Notes: generated by a model not told the origin, from the letters alone. A stretch of DNA of 64,000 nt from an uncultured Bacilli bacterium (GCA_934725685.1 CAKVBX010000004.1:7353-71352); one strand, 5' to 3'. Positions 1 to 9,310 are shown, counted from the stretch's first letter. Numbers and translations are program-made.

Positions 1-610
1 GGAGGACTAAAAGAAGGATGGTCATGTTCCGTTTGGCATTTCCGGCAGAGATGGCAGGGGAAAGGGCAGCGACGAGATAGCTTCCTAAGGAGGCGCTGAG
101 GTTGGTGACTCCCATGATTTTGGAACGTTTCCCTTCATCATAGGTCATCTTGTTGACGTAGGACCAATAAGCGATATCGTTGACCGAGAAGACACATTCG
201 GAACAGGTATAGAAAATGAGGAAGGCGATGACATAGGCCCAGCCGTCTCCGCAGAGCGGTGCGACAAAGAAAGTGAGGAAGGAGAAAAGTGTCGAAAGGG
301 AGGAGCCGACGAAGGTCATCGTACGGAATCTTCCGTACTTGAACCTTCCCGTCTCCAGGATGTGGGAAGAGATAGACCAGCAGAAGCCGGCCAGGATTTT
401 CGATCCAATCAGAACCATGGAAATCAGGAAGAACATGTCCGTGAATGACACATTCTGAGCGATTGGGGAGGCCAACTGGACATAGAGGAGCAAAAAGAAC
501 GAATTGAACTGGAATAAGGCTTCCTTGAAAAAAGAAACGAATTCAAACAGCCGAATGGTAGACTTAGGACATTCCGGCGTGGTGAAGGTTCTGTTCTTGA
601 TATTGATCAT
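1..610 (-). CDS. GPH/MFS-type sugar:cation symporter, N-terminal part (gene runs off the left edge)
   Basis: My own minus-strand translation from ATG (complement of 608-610) gives MINIKNRTFTT...FFLLLYVQLASP...VNDIAYWSYVNKMTYDEGKRSKIMGVTNLSASLGSYLVAA. Hydrophobic helices and the D-x-x-YW plus basic-loop pattern resemble MelB/GPH carriers. It is absent from the ORF track because there is no stop inside the window. Confidence 0.55.
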   Translation of the reverse strand, partial: MINIKNRTFTTPECPKSTIRLFEFVSFFKEALFQFNSFFLLLYVQLASPIAQNVSFTDMFFLISMVLIGSKILAGFCWSISSHILETGRFKYGRFRTMTFVGSSLSTLFSFLTFFVAPLCGDGWAYVIAFLIFYTCSECVFSVNDIAYWSYVNKMTYDEGKRSKIMGVTNLSASLGSYLVAALSPAISAGNAKRNMTILLLVL

Positions 611-793
611 GGTTCTCTTTTAATAACTTAAGTATTATACAACTTTACTCTATCCCTTCGACGATTTGTTTAAAAAATCGAAGAAGAAGCAGAAGGACGG
701 GCATAGTGCCAAGATTTCAGCATTTTTTTGATTTTAGAAAAAGCCCATAAATATGGGAAGATTCGGAAATCATAGTAAAAAAATATTGCTTTT

Positions 794-820
794 TTAGCAC
801 TCACCACTTGAAATTGCTAA
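794..820 (+). promoter_or_regulatory. Second, degenerate CIRCE-like inverted repeat overlapping the putative -35
   Basis: TTAGCACTC-N9-AATTGCTAA. The left arm is perfect and the right arm matches GAGTGCTAA at 7/9 positions. Confidence 0.45.
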
Positions 821-840
821 AAACATGACTATACTATAAT
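808..840 (+). promoter_or_regulatory. Putative sigma-A promoter of hsp20
   Basis: TTGAAA (808-813) with a 16-nt spacer to TATACT (830-835); an overlapping TATAAT lies at 835-840. Confidence 0.4.
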
Positions 841-866
841 TAGCACTCGAGAAAAGAGAGTGCTAA
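840..866 (+). promoter_or_regulatory. CIRCE operator (HrcA binding site), perfect consensus
   Basis: TTAGCACTC-GAGAAAAGA-GAGTGCTAA is an exact match to the CIRCE consensus TTAGCACTC-N9-GAGTGCTAA. It lies between the -10 and the hsp20 RBS (AAGGAGG at 881-887). Confidence 0.85.
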
Positions 867-887
867 ATAAGTAAACCAACAAGGAGG

Positions 888-1355
888 ATGAAACCTATGA
901 GTGAAAACGAAAACAACAAAGAGATGAAAGAAGTCAATCAGAACGAAGAGAGAAGAGGCTACGGCATCGACGGACTCCATCCGTTCTGGTCGTTCTTCAA
1001 CGACTGCTTCGGCAATGACGACAGCGCCGACGTCATGAAGACCGATATTGCCGACGAAGGTGGCGCCTATCGTCTCGAAGTCGAAGTTCCGGGCGTCGAC
1101 AAGAAAGACGTGAAGATTTCCCTCGACAAGGGTTATCTCTCCATCACTGCCAGAGTCAACTCCTCGGATAATCAGGGACACGGAAAGAACATCCACAGAG
1201 AACGTTTCTATGGTTCCTTCCGCAGAAGCTTCTATGTCGGCAACAGCATCGAAAAGGAGAACATCTCCGCTTCGATGGAAAACGGCATTCTCACCGTCAA
1301 GGTAAACAAGCCCAAAGAGAAGAGCGACGACGAGAAGTTCATCCAGATTCAGTAA
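888..1355 (+). CDS. Hsp20/alpha-crystallin family small heat-shock protein
   Basis: Alpha-crystallin core reads GAYRLEVEVPGVDKKDVKISLDKGYLSITA...RERFYGSFRRSFYV...ASMENGILTVKV. There is a strong SD directly upstream. Confidence 0.9.
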   Translation: MKPMSENENNKEMKEVNQNEERRGYGIDGLHPFWSFFNDCFGNDDSADVMKTDIADEGGAYRLEVEVPGVDKKDVKISLDKGYLSITARVNSSDNQGHGKNIHRERFYGSFRRSFYVGNSIEKENISASMENGILTVKVNKPKEKSDDEKFIQIQ

Positions 1356-1363
1356 CGGTTCGG

Positions 1364-1397
1364 AAAAAGGCAGGGTACGAAAGTGTCCTGCCTTTTT
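1364..1397. terminator. Bidirectional rho-independent terminator (hsp20 / acetyltransferase)
   Basis: AAAAAGGCAGG-loop-CCTGCCTTTTT, flanked by an A-run and a T-run, between convergent genes. Confidence 0.8.
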
Positions 1398-1403
1398 CCA
1401 TGT

Positions 1404-2072
1404 TCACTTTTTCCGTAATGGTAACGGCATCAGGTTCTTCACATACGTATCCCAGACATCCATCCTGTCCTCCTCGTCGATGGGGCGGACAACACGGGCC
1501 GGGACACCGGCCACGATCACATTGTCGGGAACATCCTTCGTGACGACGGAGCCGGCCGCCACGATGCTGTTCTTTCCGATGTGAACTCCGCCGAGGATAA
1601 CGGCACCGGAGCAGATCCAGACGTGGTCATCGATTGTAATCGGCTTCCCGTATTCGAGGTCATGGGGACCGAGATTGTCCGGATACTCATTATAAATCCG
1701 TTCCCGGTCCAAAAACGGATGCATCGGTGTCGCCAGGGTGACGGAGGCACCAATCCAGACGGAATCACCCAGAGTGATCGGAGCGATGTCGAGGAAGACG
1801 CAATTGTAGTTGACAAAACAGCCCTCTCCGACATGGATATTGACACCGTATTCACAGGAGAACGGAGAGAAGATGGTCATGTTCTTCCCTTTCGAAGAGG
1901 GAATCAGACGGTCTAAGGCTCTCTGTCTTGCTCTCTTCCTTTTATAGGAGATGCGGTTATACTTCTGACACCTTGTCATGCCTTCAATGTGCTGTTTCCG
2001 AATGTCTTCGCTCTCCGCATTATAGAGTCTCCCGTTCACCATCCTGTCCCAGTCACTGATGTTTTGATACAT
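1404..2072 (-). CDS. Maltose/galactoside O-acetyltransferase family protein (hexapeptide-repeat)
   Basis: N-terminal Mac-type region (MVNGRLYNAESEDIRKQHIEGMTRCQKYN) followed by left-handed beta-helix repeats (GEGCFVNYNCVFLD..ITLGDSVWIGASV...ICSGAVILGGVHIGKNSIVAAGSVV). Confidence 0.8.
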   Translation of the reverse strand: MYQNISDWDRMVNGRLYNAESEDIRKQHIEGMTRCQKYNRISYKRKRARQRALDRLIPSSKGKNMTIFSPFSCEYGVNIHVGEGCFVNYNCVFLDIAPITLGDSVWIGASVTLATPMHPFLDRERIYNEYPDNLGPHDLEYGKPITIDDHVWICSGAVILGGVHIGKNSIVAAGSVVTKDVPDNVIVAGVPARVVRPIDEEDRMDVWDTYVKNLMPLPLRKK

Positions 2073-2096
2073 GGTTTGTTTCCTTTCTTTTACCCA

Positions 2097-2125
2097 AATC
2101 AGGCATCCTCTTCGGATGCCTGATT
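2097..2125 (-). terminator. Hairpin downstream of rseP (weak T-tract)
   Basis: AATCAGGCATCC-TCTTC-GGATGCCTGATT is a 12-bp perfect stem. On the minus strand it is followed only by TTTGGG. Confidence 0.45.
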
Positions 2126-2133
2126 GATTGTTG

Positions 2134-3480
2134 TTATCTTACGACGATATCCTTGACGATGAGAAGACCGGCTAGGATGAGAAGAATGATGAGTCCGACG
2201 GTGTTAGCGATGGATTTTGCTTTTGTCGGGACTTTCTTTCTGCTGACGGTCTCGATAAGGGCAATCAAAGTCTGCCATCCGTCGAGTCCCGGGAAGGGGA
2301 GGAGATTGAAGCAACCAAGGTTGAGGGAGATATAGCCCCAGAGCAAGAGGAAGTAGGAGAAGGATCCGGACTGGATTCCCATGGTGGACATCTTATAGAC
2401 AGAGATGATGCCGCCGACATTCTTCCAGCCTTCCGGCGTGAAGAGGGAGCCTAAGGAAGTGTAGATGCCGACAAAGAGATTGCCGAACTGCTTCGAGGCC
2501 GATTTGACTGCACCGGTGAAATTCTCCTGATAAACGACGGTGGAAGGAGAGACACCGAGCGGCTCGAAGAAGTAGAGGGAGACGCCGTCCTTGTCCTTTG
2601 TCTCCTTGGTGGAGAGGGTGACGGTGAGCCAGCTATCGCCGCTCTTGTCCGTCTTCAAATGGATGATACGCTCCGAACTCGGGGTGACGGAAACGTTTTG
2701 GAAAGCTTCCGGAAGGTCGAAGAGTTTCTGATAACTCGTGGAGAAAATATCCTGAAGCGCATAGGAGATGCAGTTCTTGTCGAGGTCATTGTAGGTGCTA
2801 TTGGAAGTTGTAAGCTGACCGTTGTTGGTAGTCTGATAGAAGTCGATCTTGGTATCTTCCTTCGTCTCCGGGAAGAAAAGTTCCCCTGTCTGTCCGGAGA
2901 GTCCTTTGTATTCCTGATAGAGATAGAGAATCTGATCCCCGGTCTTGATGCCAGCTTCGCTGGCCTTGGAATCTTCAGCGACGGTAATCTGATTGGAATC
3001 GGCGACCTGACGGTCCATCGGAAGCAGAGAGGAACCGAAGAAGAGAATCCAGGCAAGGAGGAAGTTCATCGCGATGCCGGCGAGCATGATCAGAATCTGT
3101 TTGAAGTGATTGACACCGTTGAGGCATCTCTCTTTGGGGATGACCTTGCCATCCTCGGTCATATTGCCGTCTTCGCCCGCCATGGCGACATAGCCACCTA
3201 AGGGGAACCAGCGGAGTGCGAAGGCAGTCTCGCCTTCGACGGATTCCGTCACGGCCACTTTCTTGCCGTCAGCTCTCGCTTCGAAGAGTGGCTTTCCGTC
3301 CTGCAGGACTTTCTTCTTATGGCGGAACTTTTTCTTGAAAATGGCAGGACCGAAGCCGATGGAATACTCGAAGCAGTAGACCTTGCACATCTTCGCCATC
3401 AGAAGGTGACCTGCCTCATGGATGCAGACGACCATCGAAAGACAGAGAATAAAGATTATGATATAAAGCAGTGTTTTCAT
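2134..3480 (-). CDS. rseP: RIP metalloprotease RseP (site-2 protease, M50 family)
   Basis: HEAGHLLMA zinc motif in TM1, a PDZ-like middle region and the C-terminal NLLPFPGLDGW motif. I place the start at MKTLLY (ATG complement 3478-3480), which overlaps the dxr TGA as ATGA and uses GGAGGT as SD. The ORF track starts 4 codons earlier (3492). Confidence 0.9.
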   Translation of the reverse strand: MKTLLYIIIFILCLSMVVCIHEAGHLLMAKMCKVYCFEYSIGFGPAIFKKKFRHKKKVLQDGKPLFEARADGKKVAVTESVEGETAFALRWFPLGGYVAMAGEDGNMTEDGKVIPKERCLNGVNHFKQILIMLAGIAMNFLLAWILFFGSSLLPMDRQVADSNQITVAEDSKASEAGIKTGDQILYLYQEYKGLSGQTGELFFPETKEDTKIDFYQTTNNGQLTTSNSTYNDLDKNCISYALQDIFSTSYQKLFDLPEAFQNVSVTPSSERIIHLKTDKSGDSWLTVTLSTKETKDKDGVSLYFFEPLGVSPSTVVYQENFTGAVKSASKQFGNLFVGIYTSLGSLFTPEGWKNVGGIISVYKMSTMGIQSGSFSYFLLLWGYISLNLGCFNLLPFPGLDGWQTLIALIETVSRKKVPTKAKSIANTVGLIILLILAGLLIVKDIVVR

Positions 3481-4676
3481 TGTGACCTCCATGGTTTCTT
3501 ATCTAACAACTGAGAAGCGAAAATCTCGCTTTTCTTGATGAATTCGTTCAGATTTTCTTCGGTGAGTGCTTTTCTTTCCGGCATATGATGGAAAAGATAG
3601 AAGAGTGCACAGGCGATTTCGTCATAGGAGACTTCCCCATTCAGGAAGGCTTCGATTACTTTGGAATCCAAGGCATTATAATAGAACATTCCGGTATTTC
3701 CGTACTTCCGATAACATTCCTTGGTGAGAGCGAAGAGCGGATAGTGATCTGGATTGATGGGAGTGAGTCCGCTCACTTCCTTCTTCAACTTTTCCTCTTC
3801 CTCTTCATTGCAGTGATGGATGGTGCGTTTCCCTTTGGAGAGAGCAAAGGCGATGGCATTCTTCATCGAGCAGGGGGAATACTCATAATAGGTGGAAAGT
3901 TCCCCATTCTCATTTCTTGCCGTGACACCGGCATGGATGAGAGAGGAACGGCAGATCTTCGCTTCGATCTGTTCCATCGGATAGGAGAACATCTCACTGG
4001 CCTCGATGACTTCATAGCCTTTATTGACCAAGGTGGCACAGTCCACCGTAATCTTCGGAGACATCTTCCAGGTCGGATGAGCTAAGACCTCCTCCGGTTT
4101 TACCTTAGAGAGATCTTCCAATCTTTTGTCTCTCAGAGCACCGCCGCTGGCGGTGATCATCAAAGAGACAGGGGTTTCGTCTTTCCTACAGGCAGCCAGA
4201 CATTTAAAGAGTCCGACATGTTCGCTATCGATTGGATAGAGATGCCCGGTATAGGAAGCGAGTCTTCTCTTCATCAGAGAGGAACCGACGACATAGGATT
4301 CCTTGTTGGCCAAGAGAAGATCCTGATTGTTCTTTAAGGCAGAAAGAGTCGGAAGTATTCCGGCATTGCCGGAGATTGCATTGATCACCGTCGCATCCGG
4401 ATGACGGAGAAGGAGCTTTTCGATGGCACCTTCACCGTAATGGACCTTTCCCTTCCAAAACGGATGATGGAGGAGGAAGGCTTTCGCAGCTTCCTCCTCC
4501 ATCACAATATCCGTAAGCTTGTCGAACCAGAAAAGATAGGGTTCCAGCCTTTCAAAGCGGGAATGGAACGCAACTCCGACAAGGTCATATTCATCCTGAA
4601 AGCGAAGAATATCGAGTGCCTGGGTTCCGATATCCCCCGTGGCACCCAAGAGAATCAAAGGTTTTCCCATTGACAA
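3477..4676 (-). CDS. dxr: 1-deoxy-D-xylulose-5-phosphate reductoisomerase
   Basis: LGATGDIGTQALDI NADPH motif, LLLANKES, and YPIDSEH...ASGGA motifs. The start is either TTG (4676) or the ATG two codons later. Confidence 0.9.
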   Translation of the reverse strand: MSMGKPLILLGATGDIGTQALDILRFQDEYDLVGVAFHSRFERLEPYLFWFDKLTDIVMEEEAAKAFLLHHPFWKGKVHYGEGAIEKLLLRHPDATVINAISGNAGILPTLSALKNNQDLLLANKESYVVGSSLMKRRLASYTGHLYPIDSEHVGLFKCLAACRKDETPVSLMITASGGALRDKRLEDLSKVKPEEVLAHPTWKMSPKITVDCATLVNKGYEVIEASEMFSYPMEQIEAKICRSSLIHAGVTARNENGELSTYYEYSPCSMKNAIAFALSKGKRTIHHCNEEEEEKLKKEVSGLTPINPDHYPLFALTKECYRKYGNTGMFYYNALDSKVIEAFLNGEVSYDEIACALFYLFHHMPERKALTEENLNEFIKKSEIFASQLLDKKPWRSQ

Positions 4677-4685
4677 AATGATACC

Positions 4686-5744
4686 TCAGAGAACCATGTT
4701 GAATCCATAGGACATCATGGAGAGAAGTAACATGGAAAGAAAGGCGTTGGTGAGCAGAGAATCGAAACGGTCGATGACACCGCCATGGCCCGGGAATATT
4801 TTTCCATAATCCTTGATGGCATAATGGCGCTTGATGAGGGAGAAGAGGAAACCGCCGAGGTTGCCGTTGAAAGGAAGGAGCAGTCCAAGGATCAGAAGAA
4901 AGACCCAGGAAGCTCCGCCTAAGACGTTCATCGAAGAGAGCATGGAGGAAGTCCGGAACTGGAGGAGTCCGGGAACCAAGGGGATGTTGAAGACAAGTTC
5001 ATAAAGTGCAGCGAGACCGAAGAAGCAGAGATAGGAGAAGACACAGCCACCGATGAATCCTTCCCATGTCTTATGGGGAGAGATTCTCGGATTCATCGGA
5101 TGCTTTCCGAAGAGAACACCGACGAAATAGGCTCCGACATCACTCGACCAGGTTCCAATGGCGAGTGTAAGAAGGAAGGCGGAAGAGGACCAGCGCTGAT
5201 CGTGACCAGAGGTGACGAAGCTATCCCGGAAAGCACTTGTGGAAGTGAGGGTCCCTGACGCATTGGGAAGATAACGAACGAAATAGAGTCCCAAGATTCC
5301 ACAGGCGAAGAAAGTGATGATGGTAAAGAGATAAGTGACATCTTCCAACTTTGTCTTCTCAGAAAGAATGGCGATAAAGGAAAGGATAAAGAAGTAAAGT
5401 GCCATCAAAGAGAGAGGAACAAAAAGCGTCATCGGATTGAAGGAAAGAGACGTGGTATCCAAGGAAAATGGGTCCAATCCCTTGGCCCAGAGTGGGACAA
5501 AGAAGGAAAGGACAAAAAGCAGGGTATAGACATGTGTGATGATTCGGATCGGCCAGGAATATTTTCCTTTTCCGGGCACCATGAGCAGTTCATGGGTACC
5601 GATGAAAAGAAGAAATAATCCTAACACAAAATAGAACCATCCACCGAGGACCGAACAAGGGACAAGCACTGCGACTAAGACAATCGCCGTGATGATTCTC
5701 GTGATCATGCTCGATTTGCCTGATGACGAAAGTTTATTGGCCAT
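4686..5744 (-). CDS. cdsA: Phosphatidate cytidylyltransferase (long form, 352 aa)
   Basis: C-terminal CTP-transferase signature SPHKTWEGFIGG...KDYGKIFPGHGGVIDRFDS. It is polytopic, with an N-terminal region longer than usual. Confidence 0.85.
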   Translation of the reverse strand: MANKLSSSGKSSMITRIITAIVLVAVLVPCSVLGGWFYFVLGLFLLFIGTHELLMVPGKGKYSWPIRIITHVYTLLFVLSFFVPLWAKGLDPFSLDTTSLSFNPMTLFVPLSLMALYFFILSFIAILSEKTKLEDVTYLFTIITFFACGILGLYFVRYLPNASGTLTSTSAFRDSFVTSGHDQRWSSSAFLLTLAIGTWSSDVGAYFVGVLFGKHPMNPRISPHKTWEGFIGGCVFSYLCFFGLAALYELVFNIPLVPGLLQFRTSSMLSSMNVLGGASWVFLLILGLLLPFNGNLGGFLFSLIKRHYAIKDYGKIFPGHGGVIDRFDSLLTNAFLSMLLLSMMSYGFNMVL

Positions 5745-5803
5745 ATGGGGCTCCTTCCCTGTGAAAACTCACAGAGTCGACACGGAAAACAGAACGAAAT
5801 CAA

Positions 5804-6346
5804 TCAGATGGTTTCGATATCCTTGATTTTGAGAGCGAGCATTTTGTCGATTTCGACAATGTGCTTGTCGGTCTCTTTCTGAACCTTATCGGTGAGGTCG
5901 GACTTCATGTCCTCGCTGAGGGCAGTGTCCTTCTTGACGGCGTTGTTGGCATCGCGACGGATGTTGCGGATAGCGACTTTGCCGTCTTCGCAGTACTTCT
6001 TGGCCTGCTTGATGAGGTCCTGACGTCTGTCTTCACTCGGTGCCGGGAACTTGAGAATGACGGCATTGCCGTTCTGGGTGACCGTGCAGCCTAAATCGGC
6101 CTTGTTGAGTCCGGAAACGATGTCCTTGATGATGGAAGGATCAAATGTCTTGACGGAGAGGTCCGTGGCAGAGACGGAGCCAATCTGGGCGACCGACTTC
6201 AGAAGACACTTTTCACCGTAGGCGGTGATCATGACCTTATCCAAGAGCTGGGGAGTAACCTTGCCGGCTCTGAGGGTACCTAAGCTTTCCTTGAGGGAAA
6301 GGATGGATTTGTCCATCTTTTCGACAAACTCTTCTAATGTAGCCAT
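5804..6346 (-). CDS. frr: Ribosome recycling factor
   Basis: Typical RRF sequence (LRAGKVTPQLLDKV...PAPSEDRRQDLIKQAKKYCEDGKVAIRNIRRDAN), in the conserved position after pyrH. Confidence 0.95.
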   Translation of the reverse strand: MATLEEFVEKMDKSILSLKESLGTLRAGKVTPQLLDKVMITAYGEKCLLKSVAQIGSVSATDLSVKTFDPSIIKDIVSGLNKADLGCTVTQNGNAVILKFPAPSEDRRQDLIKQAKKYCEDGKVAIRNIRRDANNAVKKDTALSEDMKSDLTDKVQKETDKHIVEIDKMLALKIKDIETI

Positions 6347-6408
6347 AAAACTATCCTCCTATAATGGATATTACTATTCTAATAGAAACAGAAATCGAAA
6401 TAAAGAAC

Positions 6409-7125
6409 CTATTTGTTGGTGACGAGAGTTCCTAAGTCGTCTCCACGGACGGCACGGACAGCATTCTCCGGATCATTCATGTTGAAGACACGGACATCGA
6501 CATCGCTGTCGACCAAGAGGCCGACGGCAGTGCTGTCCATGACCTTGAGACCCTTGCTCAGAAGTTCCTGATAGGAAATCTTCTTGATGAGGGTGGCTTC
6601 CGGATGGACGCGGGGATCGTCGGTATAAATGCCTTCGACGCCGTTCTTGCCCATGAAGATGCCATCAGCGCAGATTTCCTTGGCACGGAGGGCGACGGAC
6701 GTGTCGGTCGTGAAGTACGGAGAACCGACACCGCCGGCAAAGATGACAACTCTCTTCTTCTCGAGATGGCGGATTGCTTTTCTGCGGATGTAGGGTTCAC
6801 AGCACTGGTTGACCGGAATGGCGGACATCACACGGGTAATCAGACCATGGTTTTCGAAATAAGACTGAAGGCACATGGCATTCATGATGGTAGCGAGCAT
6901 GCCCATGTAATCACCGGTGGTACGTTCGATACCGAGAGAGGAAGCGAGCCTGCCTCTCCAGATGTTCCCACCGCCGACGACGATGGCGACCTCAGTCCCC
7001 ATATCGGTAATCTTCTTGACGATTTCGTAGATCTTCTCCAGATATTCGGCATTGTAGATGTCATCATCCCCTTTGAGGGCTTCCCCTGAAATTTTCAGAA
7101 GGATTCTATGATACTGATTGGCCAT
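6409..7125 (-). CDS. pyrH: UMP kinase
   Basis: RILLKISGEAL...VVGGGNIWRG...VVIFAGGVGSPYFTTDT motifs. Confidence 0.95.
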   Translation of the reverse strand: MANQYHRILLKISGEALKGDDDIYNAEYLEKIYEIVKKITDMGTEVAIVVGGGNIWRGRLASSLGIERTTGDYMGMLATIMNAMCLQSYFENHGLITRVMSAIPVNQCCEPYIRRKAIRHLEKKRVVIFAGGVGSPYFTTDTSVALRAKEICADGIFMGKNGVEGIYTDDPRVHPEATLIKKISYQELLSKGLKVMDSTAVGLLVDSDVDVRVFNMNDPENAVRAVRGDDLGTLVTNK

Positions 7126-7208
7126 GGTGCTTGTTCACTCCTTATCTGTTTTTCGGATTGTAAGAAAGGCACCTCCGAAGAGGTGCCTCAAAAGAACTGA
7201 TTGGAAAA

Positions 7209-8102
7209 TTACTTACCGGAAGCCTGAGCAGCAACTTCAGCGGCAAAATCATCCTGACGCTTTTCGATACCTTCACCGACCGCATAGCGGAGGAAGGAAA
7301 CCATGGAAGCGCCATTCTCCTTGAGAAGCTGACCGACGGTCTTGTCCTCTTCGCCGATGAGGCCCATATCGACAAGAACACCCTCGAAGAGGGACTTCTT
7401 GACTCTGCCTTCGACGATCTTGTCCTGGATGGCAGCCGGCTTCTTGGCGAAGCTGGGATCCTGGAGGGAAGCTTCCTTCTGGACTTCGGTTTCCTTGGCG
7501 ATAACATCGGCAGGGATATCCTCTTCCTTGACATAGGAAGGATTGTTGGAGCAGACGACTAAGGAAATACGGTTGGCGATTTCTTCGTTGCCGCCCTTGA
7601 TGACGGTGAGAACACCGATTTTGCCCTTCATATGGAGGTAGGGTCCGAAGTGTTCATCATCATTTTTGTGAACGATGGCGAATCTTCTGAAGTCGAGCTT
7701 CTCGCCGAGTTTGACACCGGCATCAATGAAAAGTTCATTGATGGTCTTGCCATCCTTGTTGGCGGAGTTCTTGGCTTCTTCAAGGTCCTTCGGCTCATTG
7801 GCGAGGACAATTTCATTGATTTCGTGGATGAGGGCACGGAACGGATCAGAGTTGGCGACGAAGTCAGTTTCGCAGTTGACTTCGATGATGGCAGCCTTGT
7901 TTCCATCGACAAGGATGGAAGAGACGCCTTCGGCAGCGATACGGCTAGCGGCCTTCTTGGCAGCCTTGGCGATACCCTTTTCTCTGAGCCATGTGATGGC
8001 GGCTTCTAAGTCGTGGTTGTTAGCGGCAAGAGCCTTCTTGCAATCCATCAATCCGGCACCGGTGCGGTCACGGAGCTGCTTGATCTGTTCGATTTCGGTC
8101 AT
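7209..8102 (-). CDS. tsf: Elongation factor Ts
   Basis: UBA-like N-terminus IKQLRDRTGAGLMDCKKAL plus a dimerisation core, immediately downstream of rpsB. Confidence 0.95.
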   Translation of the reverse strand: MTEIEQIKQLRDRTGAGLMDCKKALAANNHDLEAAITWLREKGIAKAAKKAASRIAAEGVSSILVDGNKAAIIEVNCETDFVANSDPFRALIHEINEIVLANEPKDLEEAKNSANKDGKTINELFIDAGVKLGEKLDFRRFAIVHKNDDEHFGPYLHMKGKIGVLTVIKGGNEEIANRISLVVCSNNPSYVKEEDIPADVIAKETEVQKEASLQDPSFAKKPAAIQDKIVEGRVKKSLFEGVLVDMGLIGEEDKTVGQLLKENGASMVSFLRYAVGEGIEKRQDDFAAEVAAQASGK

Positions 8103-8104
8103 AA

Positions 8105-9145
8105 TTACTTGGCTTCTCCTGTTTCGGCTTCGGCCTTAGGGGCTTCTTCAGCCTTCGGGGCTTCAGCCGTCTTTCCTTCTTCCTTCTTGTCATCGAAGCG
8201 ACGGAAATTCTTCTTGACGAACTTCTTGTTGCGGGCAGGTCTCTTGCCGTTCTTTCTCATGGCGATGGCATCGTCTCTGAGCTTAGCACGGATGGCCTTG
8301 GTCTGTTCGGCGGCATCGACGCCCTTGAGCATTTCGCCCATGGTCTGAGCGGCATCAGCAGCGTTCTTGTAGGCATAAAGCGGTTCGCCGCCCTTGCCTT
8401 CGACAACAGCATCGGCTAAGAGGCCGACGATAATACGGATGGACTGTTCGCCGTCATCATTGGCAGGGATGAGGTGGTCAATGAGATCGGGATCGGTATT
8501 GGTATCACCTAAAGCGAAGACAGGGATGTTGAGGAGTCTGGCTTCGGCGACAGCGTTGTGCTCGGTCTTAGGATCGACAACAACGATGGCGTTCGGAAGA
8601 AGACGGATTTCCTTGATGCCTTCGAGGTTCTGGCTGAGTTTTTCTTTGAGCTTGATTCTCTCGGCAGCTTCCTTCTTAGGGAGCTTTTCGAGTTCACCAT
8701 TGAGCTCTTCCTGTTCGATGGTTCTGAGAAGGGCGATTCTCTTGATAATGGTGTGGAAGTTGGTGAGGGTGCCGCCAAGCCATCTGTGGGCAACATAGAA
8801 GGAACCGGAACGGACGGCTTCTTCCTGGATAGCCTTCTGAGCATAGGGCTTAGTTCCGACGAAGAGGACCTTGCCACCCTTGGCAACGATTCCCTTGAGA
8901 GCCTGATAAGCTTCCTGCATCTGAGCAGTGGTCTTGTTAAGATCGATGATGTGGAGGTTGTTTCTCTTTCCGTGGATGTACTTTCTCATCTTCGGATTCC
9001 ATCTGGAAACTCTGTGTCCGAAATGGCAACCAGCATCGAGTAATGTTTTTGCACTGACAACCGGATCATTAGGATTATGGACAGTGCTGGCCATGACATC
9101 CTGAGCCTGTTCGGCGACGGCTTCGACTTTGACTTCTTCGCTCAT
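8105..9145 (-). CDS. rpsB: 30S ribosomal protein S2 with N- and C-terminal extensions (346 aa)
   Basis: Core reads LLDAGCHFGHRVSRWNPKM...LFVGTK...GGTLTN...PVFALGDTNTDPD. Strong SD AAGGAGG lies 8 nt before the ATG at 9145. The charged tail ends ...KTAEAPKAEEAPKAEAETGEAK. Confidence 0.95.
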   Translation of the reverse strand: MSEEVKVEAVAEQAQDVMASTVHNPNDPVVSAKTLLDAGCHFGHRVSRWNPKMRKYIHGKRNNLHIIDLNKTTAQMQEAYQALKGIVAKGGKVLFVGTKPYAQKAIQEEAVRSGSFYVAHRWLGGTLTNFHTIIKRIALLRTIEQEELNGELEKLPKKEAAERIKLKEKLSQNLEGIKEIRLLPNAIVVVDPKTEHNAVAEARLLNIPVFALGDTNTDPDLIDHLIPANDDGEQSIRIIVGLLADAVVEGKGGEPLYAYKNAADAAQTMGEMLKGVDAAEQTKAIRAKLRDDAIAMRKNGKRPARNKKFVKKNFRRFDDKKEEGKTAEAPKAEEAPKAEAETGEAK

Positions 9146-9310
9146 GTTTTGAGCCTCCTTTTTGTTGACCTTCTGAATGTTTCAAGATGCCAACCCAATC
9201 CGCTATGCGTAGCTAAGCAATGGTATTCTTAGTTCTGGAGTGAGGTTCGACGGAGAGGACTCGTCGGCAAGATTCACATTCATGGTTATTGCGCAATACG
9301 CGCGTTGTTT

